Assembly (NCBI GenBank): GCA_043797125.1
Contig: JAZDPX010000006.1
Span: 70,921-134,920 of the forward strand
Source: Candidatus Omnitrophota bacterium
GTDB lineage: Bacteria > Omnitrophota > Gorgyraeia > JABMRG01 > JAFGKX01
Direction: 5' to 3'
DNA: 64,000 bases
Part shown: positions 18,468-28,934 of the stretch, in pieces
How the letters are laid out: each line of letters begins with the position of its first letter
Numbering within the stretch: position 1 is the stretch's first letter
Notes under the pieces: generated by a model
Database searches by the model: none
What the model saw: only the letters and a program-made list of their open reading frames with translations
What the model was told of the DNA's origin: nothing
Translations under genes and position numbers: made by a program

Positions 18468-18700
18468 ACGGGTGAGGTTTTTGCGATGTGAGGTACTTAA
18501 AAAGCTTTTGTGTGTGTTGCCGGAGCGACTGTCAAAAATTGCGAAAACCCGGCGAGCAGTGAGCAATTTTTGCCACAGCGAGCAAAAAGCGCCTTTCGCC
18601 GAAGGCGAAAAATCCTTTTTGCGAGCGGCAAGCGAAGGCAACCACACAAAAGCTTAAAATTTCAGCACCGAGCATTGCAAAAGCCGAACTTTGGTAATAG
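18468..18700. repeat. Family D long-hairpin element, copy 2, between cysE and cysS
   Basis: Same termini (GTGAGGTTTTTGCGATGTGAGGT ... TTCAGCACCGAGCATTGCAAAAGCCGAAC). The interior is a different perfect inverted repeat (AAGCTTTTGTGTGTGTTGCC / GGCAACCACACAAAAGCTT). Confidence 0.6.
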
Positions 18701-19372
18701 CTATTTTTTCTCCTCCAGCTCCTTAACCCTTCTCTCCAAATCCTCAAGCGTCTGCTTCAGCGGATCCAACACATGGATATGATCCATCGTAGAGTCTATT
18801 CTTCTTCCGTCCTGCTTTGTTACTCTTCCTGGCACACCCACTACAGTTGAATTTGACGGAACATCCTTTAGCACCACCGCGTTTGCGCCTATGTATGAAT
18901 TATCGCCAATATTGATATTTCCCAATACTTTCGCGCCTGTGCCTACAACAACATTATTTCCTATGTTTGGGTGGCGCTTGCCTTTTTCCTTGCCTGTCCC
19001 GCCCAGGGTAACGCCCTGGAATAATGTAACATTATCCTTTATAACTGTTGTCTCGCCAATGACCACGCCCATGCCATGGTCTATAAAAAACCCTTTGCCT
19101 ATTTGGGCGCCGGGGTGTATCTCAACCCCCGTAAGAAATTTTGCAAATTGCGATAAAAACCTCGGCAAAAAAGGAATCTTCATTTTGCGCAAAACGTGCG
19201 TTACCCGGTACATCATAATCGCGTGCAGGCCTGAATACGTAAGCAAAACCTCAAGAAAATTCGTAGCCGCAGGATCCCTGTCAAACGCCGCTTTTATTTC
19301 GTCTTTAAAAACCACAGTTATTATCGCCATAAAAAATATTATTATGCCTGATATAACTAACAAGGTAATCAT
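18701..19372 (-). CDS. cysE: Serine O-acetyltransferase
   Basis: Has the N-terminal SAT helical domain and C-terminal hexapeptide repeats. Confidence 0.8.
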   Translation of the reverse strand: MITLLVISGIIIFFMAIITVVFKDEIKAAFDRDPAATNFLEVLLTYSGLHAIMMYRVTHVLRKMKIPFLPRFLSQFAKFLTGVEIHPGAQIGKGFFIDHGMGVVIGETTVIKDNVTLFQGVTLGGTGKEKGKRHPNIGNNVVVGTGAKVLGNINIGDNSYIGANAVVLKDVPSNSTVVGVPGRVTKQDGRRIDSTMDHIHVLDPLKQTLEDLERRVKELEEKK

Positions 19373-19385
19373 CTTTATTCTCCTG

Positions 19386-19844
19386 TTATTTCAGCAAAAC
19401 AACGGCATATGCTGCGATTGCTTGCGAATTGCGCGTTCCCTCTTCGGTTGTTGCTTTTATGTTGATATTATCCAAATCTATGCTTAGCGTCTTTGCAATA
19501 TTTTCCTTCATTTTATTTTTAAAGGGGAGCATCTTCGGCTCCTCTGCTATTATCACGGCATCTATATTATGTATGGTGTAGCGCTTGCTGCTTATGATAG
19601 ATAGGGTCTCTTTTAGGATCTTAAGGCTGGATATGCCTTTGTAGCGGCTGTCTGTATTCGGAAAATGCTCGCCTATATCGCCGCAGGCTGCCGCGCCTAA
19701 AAGCGCGTCGCATATTGCGTGTATAAGTACATCCGCGTCGGAATGGCCTAGCAGGCCTTTTGTATGAGGAATCCTCACCCCGCCAATAATCAGCTTGCGC
19801 TTTTCTACAAGCTTGTGTATGTCGTAGCCTATTCCTATTCTCAT
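19386..19844 (-). CDS. ispF: 2-C-methyl-D-erythritol 2,4-cyclodiphosphate synthase
   Basis: [12 protein letters not shown]...[19 protein letters not shown]. Confidence 0.9.
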   Translation of the reverse strand: MRIGIGYDIHKLVEKRKLIIGGVRIPHTKGLLGHSDADVLIHAICDALLGAAACGDIGEHFPNTDSRYKGISSLKILKETLSIISSKRYTIHNIDAVIIAEEPKMLPFKNKMKENIAKTLSIDLDNINIKATTEEGTRNSQAIAAYAVVLLK

Positions 19845-20530
19845 CTTCTCGCCAGAGCCTGCGCTATCTTCAAATCTTCTCTCGTCGTTATCTTAATGTT
19901 TCTATAATCCCCGGGTATTACCTTAACCTTTATGCCGCATGCTTCAGCAAGCGAAGCATCGTCGTTAAACCTCCATGCCCTCACATTTAATTTTTCATAA
20001 GCTGCGAGTAGCTGCTTTCTGTTAAAAGCCTGGGGGGTCTGCGCCTCCCACAAAGAGTTGCGGTCCGGCGTATTTAATACGTATCTGTTTTTTAAATTTA
20101 TTTTTTTTATCGTGGCTTTAACTCCGACTGCTAAAAGGCAGTTGGTGCCCTTTGAAACCGTGTCGGCGCATTTTTTTATTAAAGAAGGCGCTATAAACGG
20201 CCTTGCCGCATCGTGTATCAAAACATAAAAAGAATCTTTGCAGGCGCATAATCCATTATAAACAGAACGCGCGCGCGTTGAACCGCCTGAAACTATACGG
20301 CTTATCTTTTTATACTTTCTTTTTTCAATAAGGCCTTTTGCCTTTTTTAAAAAATACCTTGCTGCGACAAAAACAATATCATCTACGAATTTTGATTTTT
20401 CAAATGCATCGAGCGAGTAAAATAAAAGTTTCCTGTCGCCGATTTTAATTAACGGCTTAGGCGTGGCAAGGCGCATCCTCTTGCCCGTGCCGCCGGCCAC
20501 TATTATTGCTGTTATCTTTTTCTTATCCAA
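19841..20530 (-). CDS. ispD: 2-C-methyl-D-erythritol 4-phosphate cytidylyltransferase
   Basis: ...[12 protein letters not shown]... is a nucleotidyltransferase fold; the gene is adjacent to ispF. Confidence 0.85.
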   Translation of the reverse strand: MDKKKITAIIVAGGTGKRMRLATPKPLIKIGDRKLLFYSLDAFEKSKFVDDIVFVAARYFLKKAKGLIEKRKYKKISRIVSGGSTRARSVYNGLCACKDSFYVLIHDAARPFIAPSLIKKCADTVSKGTNCLLAVGVKATIKKINLKNRYVLNTPDRNSLWEAQTPQAFNRKQLLAAYEKLNVRAWRFNDDASLAEACGIKVKVIPGDYRNIKITTREDLKIAQALARR

Positions 20531-21556
20531 TTATTTCTGTTTCGGATAATACACGTTTGAAACCTTGGCAAATATCATCCTGCCTGCCGCGGTCTGCAAA
20601 ACGCTGGTGACCACCACGCTTTTGGTCTGGCCGATAAGCTGCCTTCCGCTTTCAACCACTATCATGGTGCCGTCATCCAAATAGCCAATGCCCTGATTTT
20701 GCTCTTTGCCTTCCTTTATGACCTTTACCTCGACTATCTCGCCCGGCAGCATAACAGGCTTTAACGCGTTAGCAAGCTCATTAATATTAAGCACTGTAAC
20801 ACCCTGCAGCTCCGCTACCTTGTTAAGATTATAGTCATTGGTAAATATCCTGGCATTTAATATCTTTGAAAGCTTTACCAGCTTTGAATCCACCTCGGGT
20901 ATATCAGCGAAATCCTCTTCATGTATCTTAACGTCAACATGAGGCTTTTTCTGCATCCTATTAAGTATATCCAGCCCCCTGCGCCCGCGGTTTCGCTTTA
21001 AAGAATCCTGCGAGTCCGCAATCTGCTGAAGTTCCTTAAGCACAAACCTCGGTATGATAAACCTGCCGTGTATAAAATGCGTGTCGCATATATCCGCGAT
21101 TCTTCCGTCAATTATTACGCTGGTGTCCAATATGATTATCTCTTCATCTTTATCCTGCCTCGAAAATTTAACATAAGGTATGACAAGGCTGAACTCATCC
21201 TTGCCCCTTATGGCAATGGTCATCCCTAGATAACAAAATATCAATGTCAATACAACCTGCATTATCAATGCCAGCGTTTCATTAAGCTGGTCTATGGACC
21301 TTAATATAAAGGAATCTGTAAGGATCTTTGACATAAGCAGTCCGAACAAAAGGCCAAACACCCCGGCGGAAAGCCCTCTTATAGATATCCGTCTTAAGCT
21401 AAACTCCGCAAAAATAATGAGCAGCGCAACTACAGCCCCTCCTACCATTCCTACAAAAGGCCAGTAACTATTATATTGCTCGAATATAAGCCCTATCTGA
21501 TAACCAACCGCCGTACTTATAACCGCAAAAAATATGCGTATGAAAAAAATTGTCAT
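20531..21556 (-). CDS. yacL: YacL-like membrane protein with PIN and TRAM domains
   Basis: N-terminal TM helices, then a PIN domain ([13 protein letters not shown]), then a C-terminal TRAM-like beta domain. Positioned radA-yacL-ispD as in Bacillus. Confidence 0.7.
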   Translation of the reverse strand: MTIFFIRIFFAVISTAVGYQIGLIFEQYNSYWPFVGMVGGAVVALLIIFAEFSLRRISIRGLSAGVFGLLFGLLMSKILTDSFILRSIDQLNETLALIMQVVLTLIFCYLGMTIAIRGKDEFSLVIPYVKFSRQDKDEEIIILDTSVIIDGRIADICDTHFIHGRFIIPRFVLKELQQIADSQDSLKRNRGRRGLDILNRMQKKPHVDVKIHEEDFADIPEVDSKLVKLSKILNARIFTNDYNLNKVAELQGVTVLNINELANALKPVMLPGEIVEVKVIKEGKEQNQGIGYLDDGTMIVVESGRQLIGQTKSVVVTSVLQTAAGRMIFAKVSNVYYPKQK

Positions 21557-21575
21557 TTGCGCTCCTTTCTATGAA

Positions 21576-22937
21576 CTAAAAACTAATATCTGCCGCTTCC
21601 TGAATATTTTTAACTCCTAAAAGCTTTATTTGTTTATGCGCTTTTATATGAGTCATGTCCTGCTTGGGCAAAATGCATCTTTTAAAACCTAAGCGGCTTG
21701 CTTCATTAACCCTTAGCTCTATTTGCCCAACGCCGCGTATTTCTCCCCCAAGGCCTATCTCGCCTATAAATATGGTTTCATTATCAACCGGCTTGTTTTT
21801 AAAGCTGGAGGCGATTGCGACAGTTACCGCTAAATCGCAGGCCGGCTCAGCTATCTTTATTCCTCCTGCTACATTTACAAATACATCGTGGTTTACCAAA
21901 TTTAAACCAAGCCTTTTCTCCAGGACAGCTATTAACAGCAACAGCCTGTTTAAGTCATATCCTATGGCGCGCTGCCTGCTCATAGAAAAATTAGAGGCTG
22001 TTACCAAAGCCTGTATCTCAACAAGGATAGGCCTTGTCCCTTCTATAGTCGAAACAACCGTGCTGCCGGAAATATTTTCACCGCGCGCTGAAAGGAAAAC
22101 TTCAGAAGGGTTTTCGACCTCTATTAACCCTTTCTGCGTCATGTGAAATACCCCTATCTCGTTAGTGGGGCCGAATCTGTTTTTTGTGCTCTTTAGTATC
22201 CTGAACGCTGTCAGGTTTGCGCTTTCAAAATATATCACGCAATCAACCATATGCTCCAATATTTTCGGTCCGGCTATCGAGCCTTCCTTTGTAACATGGC
22301 CCACAATAAACAGAGAAAATCCTTTGTATTTTGCCAGGGCGGTTAATGCGCCGGCTGATTCCTTTATCTGCGTAACGCTTCCCGCTGTCTGGGAAAAATC
22401 CTTATTATACAAAACCTGTATTGAGTCTATAACTACTATATCGGGGTTTAGACTTTCAATGTGCTCCGCGATGGACGAGACCTCGATATCATTAATCACG
22501 TATAGGTTATCTGACGAAATACCCAGCCTTTCCGAGCGCATTTTAGTCTGCGTGATGGATTCCTCGCCGCTGACATAAAGCACTCTTTTCTCTTTTGCCA
22601 GAATATTGGAAACCTCGAGCAAAAGAGTGGATTTGCCTATTCCGGGTTCGCCCCCGATTAAAATAACGGAGCCGGCTACTATGCCTCCTCCGAGGACTCT
22701 GTCTAATTCATTTATATTTGTTTTTGTTCTTATGCAGTCGTTCTGTTTTACATCTTTAAGCCTTTGCGGCGGCATATTTGAAGAATAAGACCTTCTTGTA
22801 ATGCTCTCGGAAACAGCGCCTTGCGCCATCTCTTCCATTAAGCTGTTCCACTTCTGGCAATCAGGGCAGCGGCCCAGCCATTTCGGGCTTTGGCACCCGC
22901 ATTCCTGACAGATAAATATAGTCTTCGTAGTAGTCAT
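21576..22937 (-). CDS. radA: DNA repair protein RadA/Sms. The true start is probably the ATG at 22937, not the ORF-track start at 22979
   Basis: MTTTKTIFICQECGCQSPKWLGRCPDCQKW is the N-terminal Zn finger. It is followed by a RecA-like P-loop (GGEPGIGKST), a KNRFG motif and a Lon-like C-terminal domain. The 14 codons upstream of 22937 are encoded by an AT-rich family-B repeat. Confidence 0.85.
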   Translation of the reverse strand: MTTTKTIFICQECGCQSPKWLGRCPDCQKWNSLMEEMAQGAVSESITRRSYSSNMPPQRLKDVKQNDCIRTKTNINELDRVLGGGIVAGSVILIGGEPGIGKSTLLLEVSNILAKEKRVLYVSGEESITQTKMRSERLGISSDNLYVINDIEVSSIAEHIESLNPDIVVIDSIQVLYNKDFSQTAGSVTQIKESAGALTALAKYKGFSLFIVGHVTKEGSIAGPKILEHMVDCVIYFESANLTAFRILKSTKNRFGPTNEIGVFHMTQKGLIEVENPSEVFLSARGENISGSTVVSTIEGTRPILVEIQALVTASNFSMSRQRAIGYDLNRLLLLIAVLEKRLGLNLVNHDVFVNVAGGIKIAEPACDLAVTVAIASSFKNKPVDNETIFIGEIGLGGEIRGVGQIELRVNEASRLGFKRCILPKQDMTHIKAHKQIKLLGVKNIQEAADISF

Positions 22938-22940
22938 GGA

Positions 22941-23048
22941 TTTAATTAAAAATTCAAAATTAAAAATGCAAAATTGCAATTAAAAATTTAAAATTTAAAA
23001 TTTTGAATTTTTAATTGTAATTTTTAATTTTACATTTTTAATTTTTAA
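22941..23048. repeat. Family B AT-rich palindromic repeat (AATTAAAAAT..AAAATTGCAATT..), copy 1, between mlaD and radA
   Basis: Long AT-rich dyad built from AATTAAAAATT / AATTTTTAATT and GCAAAATTGCA units. Related copies are at 30440-30556 and 44884-44960. Confidence 0.7.
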
Positions 23049-23049
23049 T

Positions 23050-23730
23050 TTATCTAATGCCTTTATCCTTATCCTCTTCTGTCTTCCTCGGCTCTCTTGG
23101 CTTGCTCAAAAGCTTCCAGGGGTTTTGCCTTATATCCTTGATCATCGCTTTTATATCTTCCGATATCTCTTCTATATTATTATATAATTTATCATCCATA
23201 AGCAGCTTGCCGACCGTACCTTCTTTTGCCTTTACCTTATCCAGGATGCCATTTATAGAATCCAGCATTGTTTCTATTTTAAGTATGACATCATAACCTT
23301 TTTGCGTCATCTTCTGCATCGAAACGGAATCAAATCCTATGATAACATCTCCGTCCTGCAAAACAGGGCTCTCGGGCGTGCCGGGAATTATCTCAACATA
23401 TTTTTCTCCTATAAGCCCCAATGTGTTTATAAGCACTGTGGCGTCCTTCTCAATCTTGGCATCATCAGTAAGCCACACCATTAATTCAACTTTTGTCTTT
23501 TTGGTCTCGGGGTCCTTAAATATACTAGTGCTTTTTACTTCTCCTACTTCGACACCGGCAACTCTGACAGGAGCCGCTATCTGAACGCCGTCGGCAAAAT
23601 TCAGGTGTATTTTTATATTGTATCCTGTTTTAAAGAGAAAATCCCCTATTGAAAAAACTACCATGGCAAGAAGTATAATGCCTACAAATACGAATATACC
23701 TATTCTTATTTCAAAACTATTCTCTTTCAT
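23050..23730 (-). CDS. mlaD: MlaD (MCE domain) phospholipid transport substrate-binding protein
   Basis: An N-terminal TM segment is followed by an MCE domain. Confidence 0.75.
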   Translation of the reverse strand: MKENSFEIRIGIFVFVGIILLAMVVFSIGDFLFKTGYNIKIHLNFADGVQIAAPVRVAGVEVGEVKSTSIFKDPETKKTKVELMVWLTDDAKIEKDATVLINTLGLIGEKYVEIIPGTPESPVLQDGDVIIGFDSVSMQKMTQKGYDVILKIETMLDSINGILDKVKAKEGTVGKLLMDDKLYNNIEEISEDIKAMIKDIRQNPWKLLSKPREPRKTEEDKDKGIR

Positions 23731-24490
23731 TTTCCCCCCTGTCAGCTTCCTTAGTAATCGGGCCTATGGCCGCTCCTGTTATGAATTGTTTTACAACCGG
23801 ATTTTTCGTATTTTTTATTTCATCCGGAGTGCCTGTTTCAATTATTTTGCCTTTATAAAGCATAGAAATCCTGTCGGCAATCTTGTAAGCGCTCACCATG
23901 TCGTGCGTAACAACTATTGACGTTATCTCAAGCTTGTTTTGTAAATCCATAATAAGTTCATTTATCGCATCCGCCATTATCGGGTCAATGCCTGTTGTCG
24001 GCTCATCATACAATATAAACTTCGGCCTCATGCATATAGCCCTTGCCAGGCCGACCCTTTTTTTCATCCCACCCGAAAGCTCGGCAGGCCTTAAATCCTG
24101 TATGCCTTCAAGCCCGACTAATGCCAATGACTCTTTTACCCTCTTTGCTATTGTCTGCGAATCCAGATCCGTGTGCTCAATCAAGTTAAATCCGACATTT
24201 TCGTATACTGTAAGCGAATCAAAAAGGGCAGCCCCCTGAAAAAGCATTCCGAAATTAAGCCTCAATTTATTTAGTTCTTTAGGAAGCAGCTTTGTAACAT
24301 CTAACCCATCCACAATAACCTGCCCTGAATCAGGCTTCAAGATACCTATTATATGCTTAAGAAAAACACTCTTTCCGCAGCCTGAACGGCCTATAATAAC
24401 CTCTGTGATATTGCTGTCTATCTTAAGGTTTAAATCCCTTAATACCTTATTGCCTCTGAAAGTTTTATTCAAATTTATCGCTTCTATCAT
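23717..24490 (-). CDS. mlaF: MlaF ABC transporter ATP-binding protein
   Basis: Walker A (GRSGCGKS), ABC signature (LSGGMKKRV) and Walker B are present. Confidence 0.8.
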   Translation of the reverse strand: MIEAINLNKTFRGNKVLRDLNLKIDSNITEVIIGRSGCGKSVFLKHIIGILKPDSGQVIVDGLDVTKLLPKELNKLRLNFGMLFQGAALFDSLTVYENVGFNLIEHTDLDSQTIAKRVKESLALVGLEGIQDLRPAELSGGMKKRVGLARAICMRPKFILYDEPTTGIDPIMADAINELIMDLQNKLEITSIVVTHDMVSAYKIADRISMLYKGKIIETGTPDEIKNTKNPVVKQFITGAAIGPITKEADRGENERE

Positions 24491-24492
24491 TT

Positions 24493-25278
24493 TTACCTTC
24501 CTATAAAATAAAACAGCGCGGTAAACAGGCAGTTTGCCGCGATAATCAGGATAAACGCTGTTACAACGCTGGTTGTGGTGGAATATCCCACTCCTTCGGC
24601 GCCGCCTTCTGTTCTGAAACCCTCGTAACAGCCTATTATTGTTATAATAACGGCAAATATCGAACTTTTAAACAGGCCGCTAAACACATCCTTTAAATCC
24701 AAAGGATTGGTAGTCATATTCATATATATGTTCGGGCTTAAGTGAAGTTTAAAAACGCCCACAATATATCCGCCGAAAATTCCTATGCAATCCGCGTATA
24801 ATGTAAGCAAAGGCAGCATAATAAACAATGCCAGCATGCGCGGCACCACAAGATATTTTATCGGATTTGCCGCGAGCGTTTCCAACGCATCGATTTGCTC
24901 GGTGACCTTCATTGTCCCTAATTCGGCTGTTATCGAGGCCCCGACCCTGCCTGCAACTACAAGGCCTGTTAATACAGGCCCTAGCTCTCTGGTCATTGAC
25001 AACGCGACAAGGCTCGGGATGTATATCTCGGCCGAGACCCTTTGCATCTGATTGGCGCTCTGCAGCGCCAAAACCATACCTGTAAACAGGCTTGTTAAAA
25101 ATACTATCGGCAAAGAATCCACGCCTGTCCTTTTCATCTGCAAAAATATCTGCTTGATCTTTAATGGAGGGGTAAAGCACAAAAATAAAGTTCTAATAAA
25201 TAATAATGTTGCTCCGCCCATATAAGAAAGCAGGTCTTCAAACTTTCCTGCTGCCATTGATTTAATATTCTGTTTCAT
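24493..25278 (-). CDS. mlaE: MlaE ABC transporter permease
   Basis: Multi-TM permease of the MlaE/YrbE family. The start was chosen at the internal Met (MKQNIKSMAAG) to avoid a 40-bp overlap with clpC. Confidence 0.7.
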   Translation of the reverse strand: MKQNIKSMAAGKFEDLLSYMGGATLLFIRTLFLCFTPPLKIKQIFLQMKRTGVDSLPIVFLTSLFTGMVLALQSANQMQRVSAEIYIPSLVALSMTRELGPVLTGLVVAGRVGASITAELGTMKVTEQIDALETLAANPIKYLVVPRMLALFIMLPLLTLYADCIGIFGGYIVGVFKLHLSPNIYMNMTTNPLDLKDVFSGLFKSSIFAVIITIIGCYEGFRTEGGAEGVGYSTTTSVVTAFILIIAANCLFTALFYFIGR

Positions 25279-27722
25279 TTTTGCGCCTTTGTAAAGGTAA
25301 GCCTGTCGTTCTGGCAATCAATCTTTATCTTCTTGGCGTCTTTTATGCCGCCTGCTATAATCTCCTCTGCTAACGGATCCTCTAAGTGGCTTTGTATTGT
25401 CCTTTTTAAAGGCCTTGCACCGTATATTTTATCAAAACCCTTTTCAATTAAAAAGTCTTTTGCCTTTTTGGTAAGCTCTATGTCTATATTCTGCTCGGCT
25501 AACCTCACCTTTACATAACCGACTTCTATCTCTATGATGCTTTGCAAATCTTCCATGGTAAGCGGATGAAATACTATTGTTTCATCTACCCTGTTTAGAA
25601 ATTCCGGCTTAAATGTCTTTTTCAAAACATCAAGCACTTGTTCTTTTGCCTGTTCGTAGGTTACGTCCTCTTTTTGGGCCTTAAACCCGAGAGCGCCCTG
25701 TTTCTTCCATAAATCAGCGCCGACATTAGAGGTCATAATAACAACGGTATTTCTGAAGTTTACTCTCCTGCCGTATGAATCAGTAAGTCTTCCTTCCTCA
25801 AATATCTGCAATAACATATTAAAAACATCCGGGTGCGCCTTTTCAATTTCATCCAGCAAAACCACCGAATAAGGCTTTCGCCTTACCTTTTCCGTAAGCT
25901 GGCCTCCTTCTTCATACCCTACATATCCCGGAGGCGCGCCAACTAATCTTGATACGTTGAATTTTTCCATATATTCGGACATATCCAGTTGTATCAGGGC
26001 CTCTTCATTGCCGAATAAAAATTCGGCTAAAACACGCGCAAGCAAAGTCTTTCCCACTCCTGTGGGGCCAAGGAATAAAAACGAACCTACCGGGCGTCGT
26101 TGATCCTTTATTCCGGCTCTGGAGCGTCGGACTGCCCTGGCTATGGCCTTTATCGCTTCTTCCTGGCCGATTATGCGCCTGTGCATTTCTTCTTCCATCT
26201 TAAGCAGCTTCTCGGATTCTTTTTCCTCAAGGCGAACGAGCGGGATATTGGTCCATTTAGAGACTATACGCGCGACTTCTTCAACGCCGACTTCAGGGAT
26301 GCTTTCTTTGGTTGTCTCTTTCCATTTATTTTTTTGTTTTTCTATTTCTATTTTTGCCTGCCTCTCTTTATCCCTAATTTTGGCAGCCTGCTCAAAATCC
26401 TGGGCCCTTACAGCCAGCTCTTTTTCCTTCCTTATCTCTTCAAGTTTTTTCTCTAAATCTTTTACATCAGGAGGGGCTGTCATCACATCAAGCCTGGCGC
26501 GCGAACCTGCCTCATCTATGACATCCACTGCCTTATCCGGAAGAAACCTGTCGCTTATGTATCTGTCTGAAAGCTTAGCCGCCGCATCTATTGCAGCATC
26601 TGTAATCTTGATTTTATGATGCGCCTCATACCTGCTTCTTAAGCCCTTTAATATTTCCACTGTCTCAAGCACTGTTGGAGGATTGACCATTATGGTCTGG
26701 AATCTTCTTTCCAGCGCCGCGTCTTTTTCTATAAATTTCCTGTATTCATCAAGCGTGGTTGCGCCTATGCATTGTATCTCCCCGCGGGAAAGCGCGGGTT
26801 TTAATATGTTTGAAGCGTCAATGGCGCCTTCCGCGCCGCCGGCCCCCACTAATGTGTGCAATTCGTCGATAAAAACTATTATATTCGCGGAGCGTTTTAT
26901 TTCATCCATTACAGCCTTTATTCTTTCTTCAAATTGCCCGCGATATTTTGTTCCTGCAACCATAAGCGCAAGATCAAGCGTAATCACTCTTTTGTCGCGC
27001 AGGACCTCAGGGATATCGCTGACTATTATCTTCTGCGCCAGGCCTTCAACAATTGCGGTTTTTCCTACGCCGGCCTCGCCTAATAACACGGGATTATTTT
27101 TGGTGCGGCGGCTTAATATCTGTATAACCCTTTCTATTTCTTCTTTTCTTCCGATAACAGGATCGAGTTTATTGTCTTTGGCAAGCTCGGTTAAGTCCCT
27201 GCCAAAGGCATCCAGCGCCGGAGTCTTGCTTTTTTCTTTTGGCTTTTTTGAAACATCGGGTTGCTCAATTCCCGCTCCGGGAATGGCTGAACCCAGCAAA
27301 GACATGATCTCAACCCTGACCCTTTCAAGGTCAAGGCCTAAATTCAGCAGCACCTGGCTGGCGATACCTTCGCCTTCCCTTAGCAAGCCTAAAAGCAGGT
27401 GCTCTGTCCCGATATAATTATGCCCGAGATGCCTGGCCTCATCCATGGCAAGCTCTATCACCTTTTTCGCTTTTGGCGTAAATGGTATATCGCCGGATAT
27501 TACCGTTGACGGGCCCGGCTTTACCAATTTTTCCACTTCAAATCTTATGACATCCAGGCTTAAGCCTAAATTCTGCAATACGGCTGCCGCTACGCCTTCG
27601 CCTTCCTTTATCAGGCCCATAAGCAAATGCTCGGTCCCGATATAATCGTGATTTAACCTCTTTGCTTCGTCCTTCGCCAGAATAACAACTTTTCTGGCCC
27701 GTTCCGTAAATCTGTTAAACAT
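25275..27722 (-). CDS. clpC: ATP-dependent Clp protease ATP-binding subunit ClpC
   Basis: Two Clp_N repeats, two AAA+ modules (GEAGVGKT; GPTGVGKT) and a UVR motif between them; 815 aa. Confidence 0.9.
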   Translation of the reverse strand: MFNRFTERARKVVILAKDEAKRLNHDYIGTEHLLMGLIKEGEGVAAAVLQNLGLSLDVIRFEVEKLVKPGPSTVISGDIPFTPKAKKVIELAMDEARHLGHNYIGTEHLLLGLLREGEGIASQVLLNLGLDLERVRVEIMSLLGSAIPGAGIEQPDVSKKPKEKSKTPALDAFGRDLTELAKDNKLDPVIGRKEEIERVIQILSRRTKNNPVLLGEAGVGKTAIVEGLAQKIIVSDIPEVLRDKRVITLDLALMVAGTKYRGQFEERIKAVMDEIKRSANIIVFIDELHTLVGAGGAEGAIDASNILKPALSRGEIQCIGATTLDEYRKFIEKDAALERRFQTIMVNPPTVLETVEILKGLRSRYEAHHKIKITDAAIDAAAKLSDRYISDRFLPDKAVDVIDEAGSRARLDVMTAPPDVKDLEKKLEEIRKEKELAVRAQDFEQAAKIRDKERQAKIEIEKQKNKWKETTKESIPEVGVEEVARIVSKWTNIPLVRLEEKESEKLLKMEEEMHRRIIGQEEAIKAIARAVRRSRAGIKDQRRPVGSFLFLGPTGVGKTLLARVLAEFLFGNEEALIQLDMSEYMEKFNVSRLVGAPPGYVGYEEGGQLTEKVRRKPYSVVLLDEIEKAHPDVFNMLLQIFEEGRLTDSYGRRVNFRNTVVIMTSNVGADLWKKQGALGFKAQKEDVTYEQAKEQVLDVLKKTFKPEFLNRVDETIVFHPLTMEDLQSIIEIEVGYVKVRLAEQNIDIELTKKAKDFLIEKGFDKIYGARPLKRTIQSHLEDPLAEEIIAGGIKDAKKIKIDCQNDRLTFTKAQK

Positions 27723-27759
27723 CTCTTACCTCCTGTTATCAATAAAATAGAACGTTATA

Positions 27760-27880
27760 AAACTCATTCTTTTGCTTTGCGCAGATTAGCACAGATTAAA
27801 GGATGCAAGATGATCACAGATATTTTCCTAAAGAATCTGCGATCATCTGTTTCTTTTGATCTGCGATTATCTGTGTAATC
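27760..27880. repeat. Inverted-repeat cluster (GATCACAGAT / ATCTGTGATC, GATCTGCGATTATCTGTG) between mcsB and clpC
   Basis: CAGATTAGCACAGATTAAAGGATGCAAGATGATCACAGATATTTTCCTAAAGAATCTGCGATCATCTGTTTCTTTTGATCTGCGATTATCTGTGTAATCATC. This is the position where a CtsR-type operator would sit in Firmicutes, but it is not a CtsR heptad. Confidence 0.5.
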
Positions 27881-28934
27881 ATCTATCTTTTTTTAACTTA
27901 GCTCTGATTATCTTTGCCCTTTCAATATCTCTTTCTGAAGCTGATAGTTTTTTCTTTTTTAATTTTTGCAAATGCGCCGGTTGAATAATAATAAAAAGCT
28001 CGTTAAGCACCGAGCTGTCTACATCGGTTATTACATTTGTCTCAACGCCTAATCTAACCAGAGAGAGAAGCTCAAGCGCTTCCTCGCTGCTTATAACATG
28101 GGCATTTTTAAATGTAGCGTAAGCCCTTGAAATCCTGTCCTCGACAACTTCTCTTTTCTTGGCCATAAGAAAATTGCGGGAATTTTCTTCCTGGGATATC
28201 AGCTGCTGTATGACCCTTTCCAAGCTATTTATTATATCCTGCTCTCTGTGCCCGAGTGTAACCTGATTTGACACCTGGAAAAAGTTGCCGCTGGCCTGCG
28301 TGCCCTCTCCGAAAAAACCGCGCACGGTAAGCCCGAGCCTTGATATGGCCTTTATAACTTCTTTAATCTGGCCTGTCATGACTATTGCCGGAAGATGCAT
28401 CATTACCGAAGCGCGCATGCCTGTGCCGACATTGGTGGGGCATGCGGTTAAATACCCTAATTGTTCTGAATAGGCAAAATCAAAATTTTTCTCCAAATCT
28501 TTATCAAAACCTTCCAGGATATCCCATGCGCCTGTTAAATTAAGGCCCGCCTGAAGGACTTGAATTCTTAAATGGTCTTCCTCGTTTATCATAATACTTA
28601 TTATCTCTTTCTCGCTTATAAACACGGCCTTATGCGCCGTGTCCTGAAGATGCTCTCTGCTTACCATGTGCCTTTCAAGAAGAAATTGCCTGTCTATCGG
28701 GCTTACCTTATCCATCTCTAGGTAAAGAGAGTTTTTCATGAAATTCAAAGAAGAGATTTTCTCTTTAGCAATGGTTTTTATCTTTTCTTTTACAGCGTCA
28801 TCCGCCCAGTTAAAAAAAGCGAAACCCTTTATATTCCTTGCCAGCCTGACCCTGCTGGATACAACAACTCCGGCGCCCGGGCTTGCACCTTTATACCATT
28901 CACCGGTCTGATTTAGCAGATCATCGAGCGTCAT
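27879..28934 (-). CDS. mcsB: Protein-arginine kinase McsB
   Basis: ATP:guanido phosphotransferase signature (CPTNVGTGMRASV). Confidence 0.85.
   Translation of the reverse strand: MTLDDLLNQTGEWYKGASPGAGVVVSSRVRLARNIKGFAFFNWADDAVKEKIKTIAKEKISSLNFMKNSLYLEMDKVSPIDRQFLLERHMVSREHLQDTAHKAVFISEKEIISIMINEEDHLRIQVLQAGLNLTGAWDILEGFDKDLEKNFDFAYSEQLGYLTACPTNVGTGMRASVMMHLPAIVMTGQIKEVIKAISRLGLTVRGFFGEGTQASGNFFQVSNQVTLGHREQDIINSLERVIQQLISQEENSRNFLMAKKREVVEDRISRAYATFKNAHVISSEEALELLSLVRLGVETNVITDVDSSVLNELFIIIQPAHLQKLKKKKLSASERDIERAKIIRAKLKKDR

Noticed and set aside
18468-18700. Possible T-box leader between cysE and cysS, as in Bacillus
   Set aside because: No T-box consensus (AGGGUGGNACCGCG) or specifier/antiterminator architecture is present. 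The same termini recur at two unrelated loci, so it is a repeat family, not a cysS-specific riboswitch.
22941-23048. CRISPR array or promoter-cluster interpretation of the AT-rich repeated spacers (family B)
   Set aside because: The units are palindromic and AT-only with no regular repeat-spacer periodicity, and the copies are dispersed singly at operon junctions. That is more consistent with REP-like, terminator or DNA-bending elements.
24493-25317. N-terminal 13 codons of the mlaE ORF (MPERQAYLYKGAK)
   Set aside because: That extension overlaps the clpC 3' end by about 40 bp. The internal Met at 25278 gives a normal 4-bp overlap and is preferred.
27760-27880. CtsR operator upstream of clpC
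   Set aside because: The tandem heptad GGTCAAANANGGTCAAA is not present. The region instead contains GATCACAGAT-type inverted repeats.
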